38,348 bases of DNA from Candidatus Omnitrophota bacterium (GTDB taxonomy: Bacteria; Omnitrophota; Gorgyraeia; Tantalellales; Tantalellaceae), in assembly GCA_030631915.1 (NCBI GenBank), contig DAOVKF010000002.1, forward strand, positions 1-38,348, written 5' to 3'. Every line of letters starts with the position of its first letter. The first letter of the stretch is position 1. Below, in pieces: positions 1-9,707 of this stretch. The notes below the pieces were generated by a model. The model was not told the origin of the DNA. It saw nothing but the letters and a program-made list of their open reading frames with translations, and made no database searches. The translations under genes and the position numbers were made by a program.

Positions 1-2
1 AC

Positions 3-1490
3 ATCCCGGTATGGAACCCGGAAACCTGTATCCAGTGCGGAAAGTGCTCCCTTCTCTGCCCACACGCCGCCATCCGGCCGAAAATATACAAAGAGGAGCT
101 TTTAAAGAACGCGCCGCCGGCCCTTAAGCACACGGCGCCGAAACCGCTCAAGGGAGTCGAAGGGCATGTCTATACGCTTCAGGTGGCCCCGGAAGACTGT
201 ACCGGATGCGGGGTATGCGTTGAAAGCTGTCCCATGAAGGCGCGGGAGGCGATCAGGATGATGCCCCTTGAGCCGTTGCGCGAAGCGGAGAAGGAAAATT
301 ACAGATTTTTCCTGGACCTGCCGGACCCGGACCCCGGGCTTTACAGGCGCGATACCGTAAAAGGCAGTCAGTATATAAAGCCGCTTTTCGAGTATTCCGG
401 GGCGTGCGGGGGTTGCGGCGAAACAGCCTACGTCAAGCTGCTGACGCAGCTTTTCGGAGACAGGGCGCTGATCGCCAACGCGACGGGATGTTCTTCCATT
501 TATGGCGGAAATCTGCCGACCACTCCTTACACCAAGCGTGCCGACGGGCGCGGGCCCGCGTGGAACAACTCGCTTTTTGAGGATACCGCGGAGATCGCGT
601 ACGGGATGCGTCTGGCTGTGGATAAATATACCGAGTATGCCGGTGAGCTGGCGGACAGGATCCTCGCCGGTAATAAATGCGGGGATGACCTCAGGAAACT
701 TCTCGGCGAGATAAGATCAGCCGATCAGTCTGACCAGGACGGTATCGAAAAACAGCGGGGACGGGTCTCCGGGTTAAAAGGCCTTTTAAAGAAAGAAGGG
801 TGTGAAGGTTGTGATGAGCTTTTATCCGTCGCGGAATATTTCATAAAAAAGTCTGTGTGGGGCCTGGGCGGCGACGGCTGGGCGTATGATATCGGTTTCG
901 GGGGCCTGGACCATGTGCTGGCCGCGGGGAAGAACGTAAATCTCCTGGTCCTTGACACCGAAGTATATTCCAATACAGGCGGCCAGGCATCCAAATCCAC
1001 GCCCATGGGCGCGGTCGCCAAGTTCGCCGCTGCCGGAAAGCCTGTAGGCAAAAAGGACCTGGGCATGATAGCCATGACTTACGGGTACATTTACGTGGCA
1101 AAGATCGCTCTGGGGGCTGATCAATCGCAGACGATAAAGGCGTTTATCGGGGCGGAAGCCTATGACGGCCCTTCTATAATAATCGCGTATTCGCACTGTA
1201 TAGCTCACGGTATAGATATGACCAGAGGGCTTGAGGAACAGAAGAGGGCTGTTGACTCGGGGCACTGGCCTCTTTTCAGGTATGATCCGGATCTCCGCGG
1301 CCAGGGGAAGAACCCTCTTACGCTTGACAGTAAAGCGCCGAGCATCAGCCTGGAGGAGTATGTATATAACGAGAACAGGTATAATATCCTTAAAAGGGCT
1401 GACCCTGAAAGGGCCAGGCGCCTTCTGGAAAAAGCGCAGAAACAGGTAGAAGAGCAGTATAAATTATATAAATATCTCTCGGAAATGTAA
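3..1490 (+). CDS. nifJ: pyruvate:ferredoxin (flavodoxin) oxidoreductase, C-terminal part; the 5' end lies outside the window
   Basis: Frame 3 is open from the window edge. Upstream of the ORF-track GTG it translates to CIQCGKCSLLCPHAAI, followed by CTGCGVCVESCP (two 4Fe-4S CxxCxxCxxxCP motifs). The TPP-domain signatures GACGGCGETAYVKLLTQLFG...ANATGCSSIYGG and GGDGWAYDIGFGGLDHV are present. Confidence 0.93.
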   Translation: MPVWNPETCIQCGKCSLLCPHAAIRPKIYKEELLKNAPPALKHTAPKPLKGVEGHVYTLQVAPEDCTGCGVCVESCPMKAREAIRMMPLEPLREAEKENYRFFLDLPDPDPGLYRRDTVKGSQYIKPLFEYSGACGGCGETAYVKLLTQLFGDRALIANATGCSSIYGGNLPTTPYTKRADGRGPAWNNSLFEDTAEIAYGMRLAVDKYTEYAGELADRILAGNKCGDDLRKLLGEIRSADQSDQDGIEKQRGRVSGLKGLLKKEGCEGCDELLSVAEYFIKKSVWGLGGDGWAYDIGFGGLDHVLAAGKNVNLLVLDTEVYSNTGGQASKSTPMGAVAKFAAAGKPVGKKDLGMIAMTYGYIYVAKIALGADQSQTIKAFIGAEAYDGPSIIIAYSHCIAHGIDMTRGLEEQKRAVDSGHWPLFRYDPDLRGQGKNPLTLDSKAPSISLEEYVYNENRYNILKRADPERARRLLEKAQKQVEEQYKLYKYLSEM

Positions 1491-1529
1491 GAGTCAGGAA
1501 AGTGGTCAGGCCTGGCCGACCAGATCGAT

Positions 1530-2276
1530 ATGGGAATTCATATAGGGTGCTCAGGCTGGGATTATAAGCACTGGCAAGGCCTTTTTTATCCCGAAGGAAG
1601 TTCTTCCAAAAGCTGGTTCAAAGAGTATTCGTCTGTCTTTTCCACGGTCGAGATAAATAACACCTTTTACAGGCTTCCCGCCCCTTCTGTTTTTGGATCG
1701 TGGCGGGAACAGGCACAGCCGGGGTTTATATACGCGGTAAAAGCCAGTCGTTTTATCACCCATATGAAAAAACTCAGGGATGCCGGCGAGCCTGTGAGGA
1801 ATTTTCTTGACCGGGCCCGGCTGCTCGGCGACAGGCTGGGGCCTGTCTTATTCCAACTGCCGCCGCACTGGGGTGTTAACGCCGGGAGGCTGGCCGGGTT
1901 TATCAGCGGTTTACCCGGCGGGTTCCGGTATGTTTTTGAATTCCGTGACAGTTCCTGGTACAGCGGCAGTATCTATGACATACTGTCCGCCGGGAAGACG
2001 TCCATGTGCCTGCACGACATGGCAGGGTCGGAATCGCCGATAATACCAGTGGGGGATATATGCTATATACGGTTCCACGGCACGAGCGGGAAGTACGCGG
2101 GCGGTTATCCGGTATCTCTTTTACGCGGATGGATAGAGTTCATACGTGAATGTGTCAGGCAAAAAAAGGAAGTGTACGTTTATTTTAATAACGACGCTGA
2201 GGCGCGCGCGCCTGAAGACGCGCTTCGGTTGATAGGGGCGTTACATGACCTGTATGGGGAATGGAAAGAAAAATAA
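1530..2276 (+). CDS. DUF72 (UPF0759/YecE-like) family protein
   Basis: The N-terminus GCSGWDYKHWQGLFYP, then VEINNTFYRLP, and a length of about 250 aa are typical of DUF72. The function is unknown. Confidence 0.8.
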   Translation: MGIHIGCSGWDYKHWQGLFYPEGSSSKSWFKEYSSVFSTVEINNTFYRLPAPSVFGSWREQAQPGFIYAVKASRFITHMKKLRDAGEPVRNFLDRARLLGDRLGPVLFQLPPHWGVNAGRLAGFISGLPGGFRYVFEFRDSSWYSGSIYDILSAGKTSMCLHDMAGSESPIIPVGDICYIRFHGTSGKYAGGYPVSLLRGWIEFIRECVRQKKEVYVYFNNDAEARAPEDALRLIGALHDLYGEWKEK

Positions 2277-3153
2277 TACCGTACTCGAACGTCCCGGCTG
2301 GATCCGGAGCAGGGTCTCCTGGGACGGAAATGTCGGCAGGGTCAGGGACCTGTTAAATGAGCTGAATTTGAACAGCGTTTGCTGGGACGCGGCCTGTCCG
2401 AACAGGGGAGAATGCTGGGAGAAGGGGCACGTGACTTTTATGATACTCGGGAGGAACTGTACCAGGCGATGCCGCTTCTGTAATATCGCGGCAGGGGTCC
2501 CCGAGGACCCGGATCCTTTCGAACCCGGCAGGATAGCCGCTGCGGTAAGCAGGCTGGGTATAAAATACGCCGTTATAACCTCTGTGACACGGGATGACCT
2601 TGCGGACAGGGGAACGAACCAGTTCGTTGACACGGTGAGAGAGATCAGGACCGGCGCTCCTTTCGCCCTGATCGAACTCCTTATCCCCGATATGGACGCT
2701 GACCGCGGCTTATTAAGGGAAATAGTTTTTTCAGGCGCTCAAGTGGTCGGGCACAACATCGAGATGCCGTTCTCCCTGTATCCGGCCCTGCGGCCTGAAG
2801 CGAATTACGGTAAGTCCCTCAGGACCATTTCTTTACTCAAAGGACATTCGCCGCGATCGATCGTAAAATCCTCGATAATGGCGGGACTGGGAGAGACAAA
2901 GGATGAGCTGATCCGCGCGATCCGGGATCTCCGGGACGCGGGTGTCGATATACTGTATATCGGCCAGTATTTAAGTCCTTCGGCGGATCACTGGCCCGTG
3001 AGGAAGTATTATACCCCCGCGGAGTTTCAGGGGCTTAAAGAAGAAGCGGAAAGAGCGGGGGTCCCTGTTGTGCTTTCCGGGCCCATGGTACGGAGTTCGT
3101 ATGAGGCGCATGGATCATATCTCGCTTATAAAGCCGTATCCGCGCAAGTTTGA
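2245..3153 (+). CDS. lipA: lipoyl synthase
   Basis: The auxiliary cluster motif CWDAACPNRGEC (CX4CX5C) and the radical-SAM motif CTRRCRFC are present, followed by VITSVTRDDL. The start is ambiguous (ATG 2245 or 2254); either one overlaps the DUF72 stop. Confidence 0.92.
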   Translation: MTCMGNGKKNNTVLERPGWIRSRVSWDGNVGRVRDLLNELNLNSVCWDAACPNRGECWEKGHVTFMILGRNCTRRCRFCNIAAGVPEDPDPFEPGRIAAAVSRLGIKYAVITSVTRDDLADRGTNQFVDTVREIRTGAPFALIELLIPDMDADRGLLREIVFSGAQVVGHNIEMPFSLYPALRPEANYGKSLRTISLLKGHSPRSIVKSSIMAGLGETKDELIRAIRDLRDAGVDILYIGQYLSPSADHWPVRKYYTPAEFQGLKEEAERAGVPVVLSGPMVRSSYEAHGSYLAYKAVSAQV

Positions 3154-3217
3154 TTTTTCAAAAGCCGTTTTTTATGGTATTATTATCTGGAAAGGCGCCG
3201 GCAACGAAAAGGAGATC

Positions 3218-5572
3218 ATGAAGAAAAAAGACGACAAGTACAGGAGACCTGTATACTCGAAATTCGCCGAGGACGAGTTGTGGTTGATAAAAGAGACCGA
3301 CTGGGATAAGGATATTCAACATATCCGGGAAGCTCAGTTTGCCCTGGGTAACGGATATATCGGGTCAAGGAGCGTGCTGGAAGAGTTTCCCTATAACTCA
3401 AAGCCAGGGACCTATATAGCGGGAATATATGATAAGCTGACCGCGCAGGTGTCGGAACTGGTCAATTTCCCCGATCCCGTTAATTTCAAATTTTCCGTCG
3501 GAGGGGAAAAAATAGGTATGGGCGCCATGGATGTCCTGAACCACAGGAGGGTCCTTAATATGAAAAAAGGCGTCCTGTTGAGGGATACTCTGTACCAAAA
3601 CAGTAAAGGCCACCGGTTTGCCTATGAGTCGTTAAGGTTCATCTCGATGCAGAAAAAGAACATCGGCGCGATGCAGATAGTCCTTACCCCTCTGGACAGG
3701 GACTACGTGGTGGACGTCCAGACCGGCATAGACACTTCTGTCTATAATTCGGGCACGGTTACCGAAGGGAGAAAGAAACATTTCCGCATAAAAGAACTGG
3801 GGCAGCACAGGAACGCCGGATATCTTGTGGTAGAGACCTTTGAGAAAAGGCACGCGCTTGTCTACTGGAGCGGATTCCATTATGAGCAAGAGGGTAAAAA
3901 GACATACGCCAGGGATAATATCTTCAACATAAAGGTGAAAAAAGGCAAACCCATAACATTTACCAAAATATTCTATATAGAGGATTTCCCGGGGGATAAA
4001 AAAGGTGCGAAGCATAAAGAAGAAACCTTCTCCAGGTTTTACAGGGCGTTTCATTCCAAATTCACGGGTTTATTAAATGAACATATCCGGGAATGGGAAA
4101 GATTGTGGGCGATATCCGACGTTATCATAAAGGGGACCGCCAATCTTCAGGTGAATATGCGCTTTAACATTTACCACATGCTCATATGCGGGCATTTTGA
4201 CGATGGTTTTTCCAGTATCGGGGCCAGGACCCTGTCCGGGGAAGGTTACAGAGGTCATATTTTCTGGGATACGGAGATATTTCTCATGCCTTTTTATCTG
4301 CTCACCAACCCGGACGTGGCCAGGAACATGCTTTTGTACAGGTATAAAAGGCTTGATGAAGCGCGGAAGATCGCGCAGGAAGCGGGCTATAAAGGGGCCA
4401 TGTTCCCGTGGGAGTCCGCGGAGTCGGGAGCCGAGGAAACCCCGACATGGGCAAAGGATATCAACGGGGAGATAGTGAAGATATACACCGGCAGCATGGA
4501 ACACCATATCACCCCGGATATCGCGTATACGGTAAAACAATATCACATTGCCACCGGCGATGAACGGTTCATGGAAGATTGCGGGTATGAGATGCTTTTC
4601 GAGACAGCGAGGTTCTGTGCCAGCAGGATGGAATATAACAAGAAAAAAGACATTTACGAGGTGCGGGACATTATAGGACCGGATGAGTTCCATATCGGCG
4701 TCAACAATAACGTGTTCACGAACCTTATAATGAGATGGAACCTTCTCACAGCGCATAAAGCCTATAACGCTTTTAAGAGAAGATCCCCCCGCGTGTGCGG
4801 TGACCTGAGAAGGAAGATCGGGTTAAAAGAGAATGAAGTGAAGGAGTGGAGGGCTATCGCCAGGAAGGTCAAGAAATTCCACATAAACAAAAAAAAGGTC
4901 ATTGAGCAGTTCGACGGGTATTTTAAATTAAAGGACGTTGATTTCCAGGAAATGGACGAGAACGGAATACCCATATTGCCCGAAGGCCTGGGCACCACGG
5001 ATATGGGAAAGACCCAGTTTATCAAGCAGGCCGACGTCATTATGCTGCTTTACATGTTATACGAATTCTTTCCTCTCGAAGAGATAAAGGCGAATTATTA
5101 CTACTATGTCCGGAAGACAGCTCATAAATCCTCTCTCAGCCCGTCCATTAATGCCCTGATGGGCTCCCGGGTCGGGGATCTTCACAGGGCGTATCATCTT
5201 TTTAATGTCGCGTTGAGAGCTGATATCAGTAATCTTTACGGGAACACCGGGGAAGGCGCCCACGGGGCAAGCCTGGGCGGCACTTACCAGGCCCTCATCT
5301 TCGGGTTCGCGGGTTTGAACATAACCGAAAAAAGACTGTTCCTGAATCCCCGGATGCCGAGGACATGGGAGAAGCTCATCTTTTCATTTTTCTGGAAAGG
5401 ACGTCTATTCAGGTTCGAGGTAGCGAACGACCTGGTAAAGATCAAGCTGAAATCCGGCAGGAAGGGGAAATTTTACGTAACTGTCTTTAACAAGAATTAT
5501 GTGATAGAAGACACCAGGACACATGCTTTCTCTAAAGGGGGGAAACAGCCCGGCATAGAGTTCTATTATTAG
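3218..5572 (+). CDS. glycoside hydrolase family 65 disaccharide phosphorylase (kojibiose/trehalose/maltose phosphorylase-like)
   Basis: Motifs seen are EAQFALGNGYIGSRSVLEE, GHIFWDTEIFLMPFYL and FPWESAESGAEETP (the catalytic-acid region). The start is moved to ATG 3218, which follows AAGGAG; the ORF-track start at 3068 would overlap lipA. Confidence 0.85.
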   Translation: MKKKDDKYRRPVYSKFAEDELWLIKETDWDKDIQHIREAQFALGNGYIGSRSVLEEFPYNSKPGTYIAGIYDKLTAQVSELVNFPDPVNFKFSVGGEKIGMGAMDVLNHRRVLNMKKGVLLRDTLYQNSKGHRFAYESLRFISMQKKNIGAMQIVLTPLDRDYVVDVQTGIDTSVYNSGTVTEGRKKHFRIKELGQHRNAGYLVVETFEKRHALVYWSGFHYEQEGKKTYARDNIFNIKVKKGKPITFTKIFYIEDFPGDKKGAKHKEETFSRFYRAFHSKFTGLLNEHIREWERLWAISDVIIKGTANLQVNMRFNIYHMLICGHFDDGFSSIGARTLSGEGYRGHIFWDTEIFLMPFYLLTNPDVARNMLLYRYKRLDEARKIAQEAGYKGAMFPWESAESGAEETPTWAKDINGEIVKIYTGSMEHHITPDIAYTVKQYHIATGDERFMEDCGYEMLFETARFCASRMEYNKKKDIYEVRDIIGPDEFHIGVNNNVFTNLIMRWNLLTAHKAYNAFKRRSPRVCGDLRRKIGLKENEVKEWRAIARKVKKFHINKKKVIEQFDGYFKLKDVDFQEMDENGIPILPEGLGTTDMGKTQFIKQADVIMLLYMLYEFFPLEEIKANYYYYVRKTAHKSSLSPSINALMGSRVGDLHRAYHLFNVALRADISNLYGNTGEGAHGASLGGTYQALIFGFAGLNITEKRLFLNPRMPRTWEKLIFSFFWKGRLFRFEVANDLVKIKLKSGRKGKFYVTVFNKNYVIEDTRTHAFSKGGKQPGIEFYY

Positions 5573-5607
5573 TAAATCCGCAGGATCAAGAATGGAGGAG
5601 ACGGCTA

Positions 5608-6795
5608 ATGGGTGATTCAAAAAGACGCAGATTGAATATAGCTTATCTTCACTGGGGGTTCCCGCCCATAATCGGGGGCGTGGAAACGCACCTGACGATA
5701 GTACTGCCCGAGATGGTGAAACAGGGAAATAACGTGAGCCTTCTTACAGGCGCGGTGGAAGGGATACACGGTAAATATGACTATGAGGGCGCGACTATTT
5801 ACAGGACCCCTCTTATGGACCTGAACTGGCTTTTTAAAAGAGGCCTGGCGGGTCTGGCGGAAGATGTCCGCCAGGTTTTTACGTCTTTTCTGGACGTGAC
5901 AAAGGCGGACGTGATACATGCCCATAATATGCATTATTTCAGCGAGGTGCACACGCATACCCTGGAGAGCCTGGCCAAGGCGAGGGGGATACCCTTGATC
6001 CTCACGGCTCATAACGTATGGGACGATGTGCTGTTCCTGGACCTTACGGAGAAAGTGGACTGGACGCATATAATCGCGGTGAGCCACTTCATAAAAAAGG
6101 AGATAATAGGGATAGGCGTCGATGACAGGAAGATCACGGTCATACACCACGGGATAGATCAGGATAAGTTCCACGCGGGGGTGGATCCTTCCAACGTGTT
6201 GAAAAAATACCCGCAGCTCAAGGGCAGAAAGGTCATTTTCCATCCGGCAAGGATAGGCATGGCAAAGGGCTGCGATGTCAGCATAAAGGCGATAAATCTC
6301 GTAAAGAGGATACATCCGGAAGTGATCCTGGTCCTGGCCGGTTCGAAGAACATAGTGGACTGGGGCGAGACACAGCAGAAGGATATAGCTTATTTCGTGA
6401 ACCTTATAAGACGGTTTAAACTGGAAGACAGCGTTTTGATAGATTGTTACACGCTGGATGAGGTCAAGGAACTGTACGCCGTCTCCGATGTGGTCCTGTA
6501 CCCCTCGACCGGGTGTGAGCCTTTTGGCCTTACCATGCTCGAGGCCATGGCGTCGGAAAAACCCATTATAGTCACCAGGATGGGCGGTATGCCGGAGATC
6601 ATCAGCGACGGCATAAACGGATTCGTTATCCCTGTCAAAGATTTTGAGACCCTGGCGTCAAAGATCAATAATCTTCTGGAAGATGAGAAGTTAAGAAAAC
6701 GGTTCGGCTATACGGGCAGACAGATGGTTGAAAAACAGTATACCAAAGAGCACATAGCGCGTAATACCCTTGCTGTCTATGACAGATTCGTGTAG
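5608..6795 (+). CDS. GT4-family (GT-B fold) glycosyltransferase
   Basis: The N-terminus has GGVETH, and the C-terminus has the EX7E region EPFGLTMLEAMASEKPIIVTRMGGMPEII. GGAGGA lies upstream of the ATG. Confidence 0.8.
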   Translation: MGDSKRRRLNIAYLHWGFPPIIGGVETHLTIVLPEMVKQGNNVSLLTGAVEGIHGKYDYEGATIYRTPLMDLNWLFKRGLAGLAEDVRQVFTSFLDVTKADVIHAHNMHYFSEVHTHTLESLAKARGIPLILTAHNVWDDVLFLDLTEKVDWTHIIAVSHFIKKEIIGIGVDDRKITVIHHGIDQDKFHAGVDPSNVLKKYPQLKGRKVIFHPARIGMAKGCDVSIKAINLVKRIHPEVILVLAGSKNIVDWGETQQKDIAYFVNLIRRFKLEDSVLIDCYTLDEVKELYAVSDVVLYPSTGCEPFGLTMLEAMASEKPIIVTRMGGMPEIISDGINGFVIPVKDFETLASKINNLLEDEKLRKRFGYTGRQMVEKQYTKEHIARNTLAVYDRFV

Positions 6796-6852
6796 GTTAC
6801 GGCGAAATTACTGAAAACTCCGGATAAAAAACCTCGCACTGATATTAGTCTC

Positions 6853-7938
6853 ATGTCCGATGACCTTTTAAAGAGAACGCCTCTTTACGGCAAACATTGT
6901 GAAGCAGGCGCCCGTATGGTGCCTTTTTCAGGATGGAACATGCCCGTTCAATACACAGGCATAATCGAAGAACATCTGCACACCCGTTCCAAAGCGGGCC
7001 TTTTTGATATCTGCCATATGGGGGAGTTGTTTATAAGGGGAAGTTCCGCGGAACAGGACCTGGACAGGCTCATGACATGCGACATAAAAGGGCTGGTGGA
7101 TGGCAGGTGCCGGTACGGGTTCCTGCTGAACAGAGAGGGGGGGATAATAGACGATGTCATTGTCTTCAGGATATCTGCGCGGGAATATATGATGGTGGTG
7201 AACGCCGGGACCGTGGAGAGTGACGGTAAATGGATACGGTCAAATCTTTCCTCCGGGACGGATCTTTCGGACGGATCCGCGAATATCGCCAAGCTGGACC
7301 TTCAGGGCCCGCTGTCAACGGAAGTAACGGGTTCCGTGTTCGGCAGTTCGGCCGTCCGGGCGATAAAAAGGTTTTTTTTTATAAACGCCGGGTTTAAGGG
7401 CGTGGATGTAATGATAAGCCGGACCGGTTATACGGGAGAAACGGGATACGAGATGTTTTTTTCCGCCTCTGCCGCGGGCGAACTCTGGGATGTGTTAATG
7501 AGTTTCGGCAGTGTCAGGCCGGCCGGTCTCGGGGCCCGTGATTCCCTGCGCATGGAGATGGGATATTCCCTGTACGGGCACGATATTGACGTTGAGCATA
7601 CCCCGGCCGAAGCCGGCCTTGGGAAATTTGTCCGCATGGAAAAGGATTTCATAGGCAAAAAAAAGCTTCTGGAACAGGCAGAACACGGGTTCGGCCGCGT
7701 CCTGGCCGGTTTCGTGTGTGAGGGCCGGAGGGCCGCGAGGGAGAACTACCTTGCGAAGGTCGATAACATTGAAGCGGGCAGGGTCACAAGCGGGACGTTT
7801 TCGCCCTGCCTGAAAAAGGGCATAGGCCTGTGCTATATAGACAGGGAATTCGCGGTCGAAGGGCGGGAAATAACGCTTACCCGCGGCGGGGTCGAGATCA
7901 GGGCGAATATCAGAAAGCCGCCCTTTGTCCGGAAATAA
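6853..7938 (+). CDS. gcvT: glycine cleavage system T protein (aminomethyltransferase)
   Basis: LYGKHCEAGARMVPFSGWNMPVQY, GLFDICHMGEL and SRTGYTGETGYE are present, and the length of about 360 aa fits. Confidence 0.93.
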   Translation: MSDDLLKRTPLYGKHCEAGARMVPFSGWNMPVQYTGIIEEHLHTRSKAGLFDICHMGELFIRGSSAEQDLDRLMTCDIKGLVDGRCRYGFLLNREGGIIDDVIVFRISAREYMMVVNAGTVESDGKWIRSNLSSGTDLSDGSANIAKLDLQGPLSTEVTGSVFGSSAVRAIKRFFFINAGFKGVDVMISRTGYTGETGYEMFFSASAAGELWDVLMSFGSVRPAGLGARDSLRMEMGYSLYGHDIDVEHTPAEAGLGKFVRMEKDFIGKKKLLEQAEHGFGRVLAGFVCEGRRAARENYLAKVDNIEAGRVTSGTFSPCLKKGIGLCYIDREFAVEGREITLTRGGVEIRANIRKPPFVRK

Positions 7939-7980
7939 CGTCATGGCGGGAAAGGCCTGACGAAGAAAAAAGGAGGAGGG

Positions 7981-8367
7981 ATGATACCGCAGGATCTGAA
8001 ATATACAAAAGAGCACGAATGGGTGAGAGTCGAAGATGGCGAAGCGGTTGTCGGGATAACGGAGTATGCTCAATCAGAGCTGGGGGATATTACGTTTGTC
8101 GAACTCCCGGAAAAGGGGAAGAGGATAGAACAGTCTGAAAATATGGCGACAGTCGAGTCCGTAAAAGCGGCGAGCGAGGTCTATTCCCCTGTTTCAGGCG
8201 AGGTCATCGAAGTAAATGAGGCACTGACGGACGCGCCCGGGGAGATGAACCGCTCATCTTACGACAAAGGGTGGATATGCCGCCTCAGGGTCGATGACGC
8301 GGGTGGGATCGAAAGCCTGATGGATGCCGCGGCTTATGAGAATTATCTCAAGGAGTTAAAGCAGTGA
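7981..8367 (+). CDS. gcvH: glycine cleavage system H protein (lipoyl carrier)
   Basis: YTKEHEWV is present, along with the lipoyl-lysine motif VESVKAASEVYSPVSGEV. AGGAGG lies upstream of the ATG. Confidence 0.95.
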   Translation: MIPQDLKYTKEHEWVRVEDGEAVVGITEYAQSELGDITFVELPEKGKRIEQSENMATVESVKAASEVYSPVSGEVIEVNEALTDAPGEMNRSSYDKGWICRLRVDDAGGIESLMDAAAYENYLKELKQ

Positions 8368-9707
8368 ACTATATCCCCAATGCCGAGGGTGACGTAAAAG
8401 AAATGCTTGGAGCCATAGGCATCGGGACCGGGGACATGGAAGAACTTTTCAGGATCATCCCTCCGGCGCTCCGCCCCCTGTCTTTTAACCTGCCTCCGGG
8501 CAGTTCTGAATTTGACGTCGAAAAATATCTGCGGGGCCTGGGCAGGAAAAACCTGACCGAACTCGTTTATTTTATCGGCGGCGGATTCTACGATCATTAT
8601 ATCCCCGCGGCGCTCGATGCCATTGTTTCACGTTCTGAATTTTACACCGCGTATACACCGTATCAGCCGGAAGCTTCCCAGGGCACGCTTCAGGCTATTT
8701 ACGAGTACCAGAGCTGTATTTGCCGACTGACAGGCATGGAGGCCGCTAACGCTTCACTTTATGACGGAGGCACCGCTTTATACGAAGCGGCGATGATGGC
8801 GATAAGGATCACCGGCAGGAATAAGATCATCATGGACGGCGGGGTCAATCCGATATACAGAAAGATGATGTATTCTTATACCAGCAATCTGTCCATTGAT
8901 TTCTCGGAGATACCGGTGAGCCACGGACAGAGTGACAGGGGTATGATAGACGAGTATCTTGATGACAGCACCGCGGCCGTCATCCTCCAGAACCCGAATT
9001 TTTTCGGGGCCATAGATGACCACAGTGATATATCCGAAAAATGCCATAAAGCCGGCGCCCTGGTCATAGAAAGCGTTTATCCTGTATCCCTGGGGTTATT
9101 GAAGACGCCGGGGGAGATGGACGCGGATATAGCCGTGGGAGAGGGACAGAGCCTGGGCATGCCGCTTTCGTTCGGAGGGCCGTATCTGGGGTTCATGGCC
9201 GCGAGGAAGAAATTTGTCCGCAAAATGCCCGGCCGGATCGCGGGAGCTACGACTGACGGAAAAGGACGTGTCGGATATGTGCTCACCCTGCAGACAAGGG
9301 AGCAGCATATACGCCGTGAAAAGGCCACTTCCAATATATGTTCCAACCAGGCTCTCTGCGCTTTACGCGCGCTGGTCTATATGTCGCTTATCGGGAAGCA
9401 GGGCTTCGTGGAATTGGCCCGGATCTGCCGGGATAAAGCCGAATATGCCGGGCAGAAGCTGGGAAAGATAAAAGGCGTGGAAGTCAAGAGAAGCGCGCCG
9501 ACCTTTAACGAGTTTACCTTGAAACTTCCCGGCAGCGCCGACAAGGTAATAGGCAAGCTTTTGGATAAGGGGATAGTGGCGGGTTTTCCGCTCGGGCGGT
9601 ACTATGCGGATATGGAGGATTACCTGCTGGTCGCTGTAACGGAGAAAAGGACGGAGCGGGAGATAACAATGTTCGCTGACGCTTTGGAGGAGGCCCTGTG
9701 GAGCTGA
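8364..9707 (+). CDS. gcvPA: glycine dehydrogenase (decarboxylating) subunit 1
   Basis: YTPYQPEASQGTLQAIYEYQ and REQHIRREKATSNICSNQAL are present. The GTG start overlaps the gcvH stop (GTGA) and follows AAGGAG. Confidence 0.93.
   Translation: MNYIPNAEGDVKEMLGAIGIGTGDMEELFRIIPPALRPLSFNLPPGSSEFDVEKYLRGLGRKNLTELVYFIGGGFYDHYIPAALDAIVSRSEFYTAYTPYQPEASQGTLQAIYEYQSCICRLTGMEAANASLYDGGTALYEAAMMAIRITGRNKIIMDGGVNPIYRKMMYSYTSNLSIDFSEIPVSHGQSDRGMIDEYLDDSTAAVILQNPNFFGAIDDHSDISEKCHKAGALVIESVYPVSLGLLKTPGEMDADIAVGEGQSLGMPLSFGGPYLGFMAARKKFVRKMPGRIAGATTDGKGRVGYVLTLQTREQHIRREKATSNICSNQALCALRALVYMSLIGKQGFVELARICRDKAEYAGQKLGKIKGVEVKRSAPTFNEFTLKLPGSADKVIGKLLDKGIVAGFPLGRYYADMEDYLLVAVTEKRTEREITMFADALEEALWS

Noticed and set aside
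3068-3217. Long N-terminal extensions in the ORF track: GH65 from 3068, purC from 14391, tsaC from 15124, GHL10-like to 17819, hppA to 22182, the kinase to 24144, the membrane protein from 24018, TPM from 25325, LemA from 26095, GtrB-like to 36577 and GT2 from 36596.
   Set aside because: The extensions overlap upstream genes or run through A/T-rich or repeat intergenic DNA and promoters. Internal starts are preceded by SD sequences and/or begin proper signal peptides or conserved N-termini.
6796-6852. A glycine riboswitch might be expected upstream of gcvT.
   Set aside because: The spacer is only 57 nt, far too short for even one glycine aptamer, and I see none of the conserved aptamer core segments. 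gcvT is probably co-transcribed with upstream genes or served by a simple promoter.
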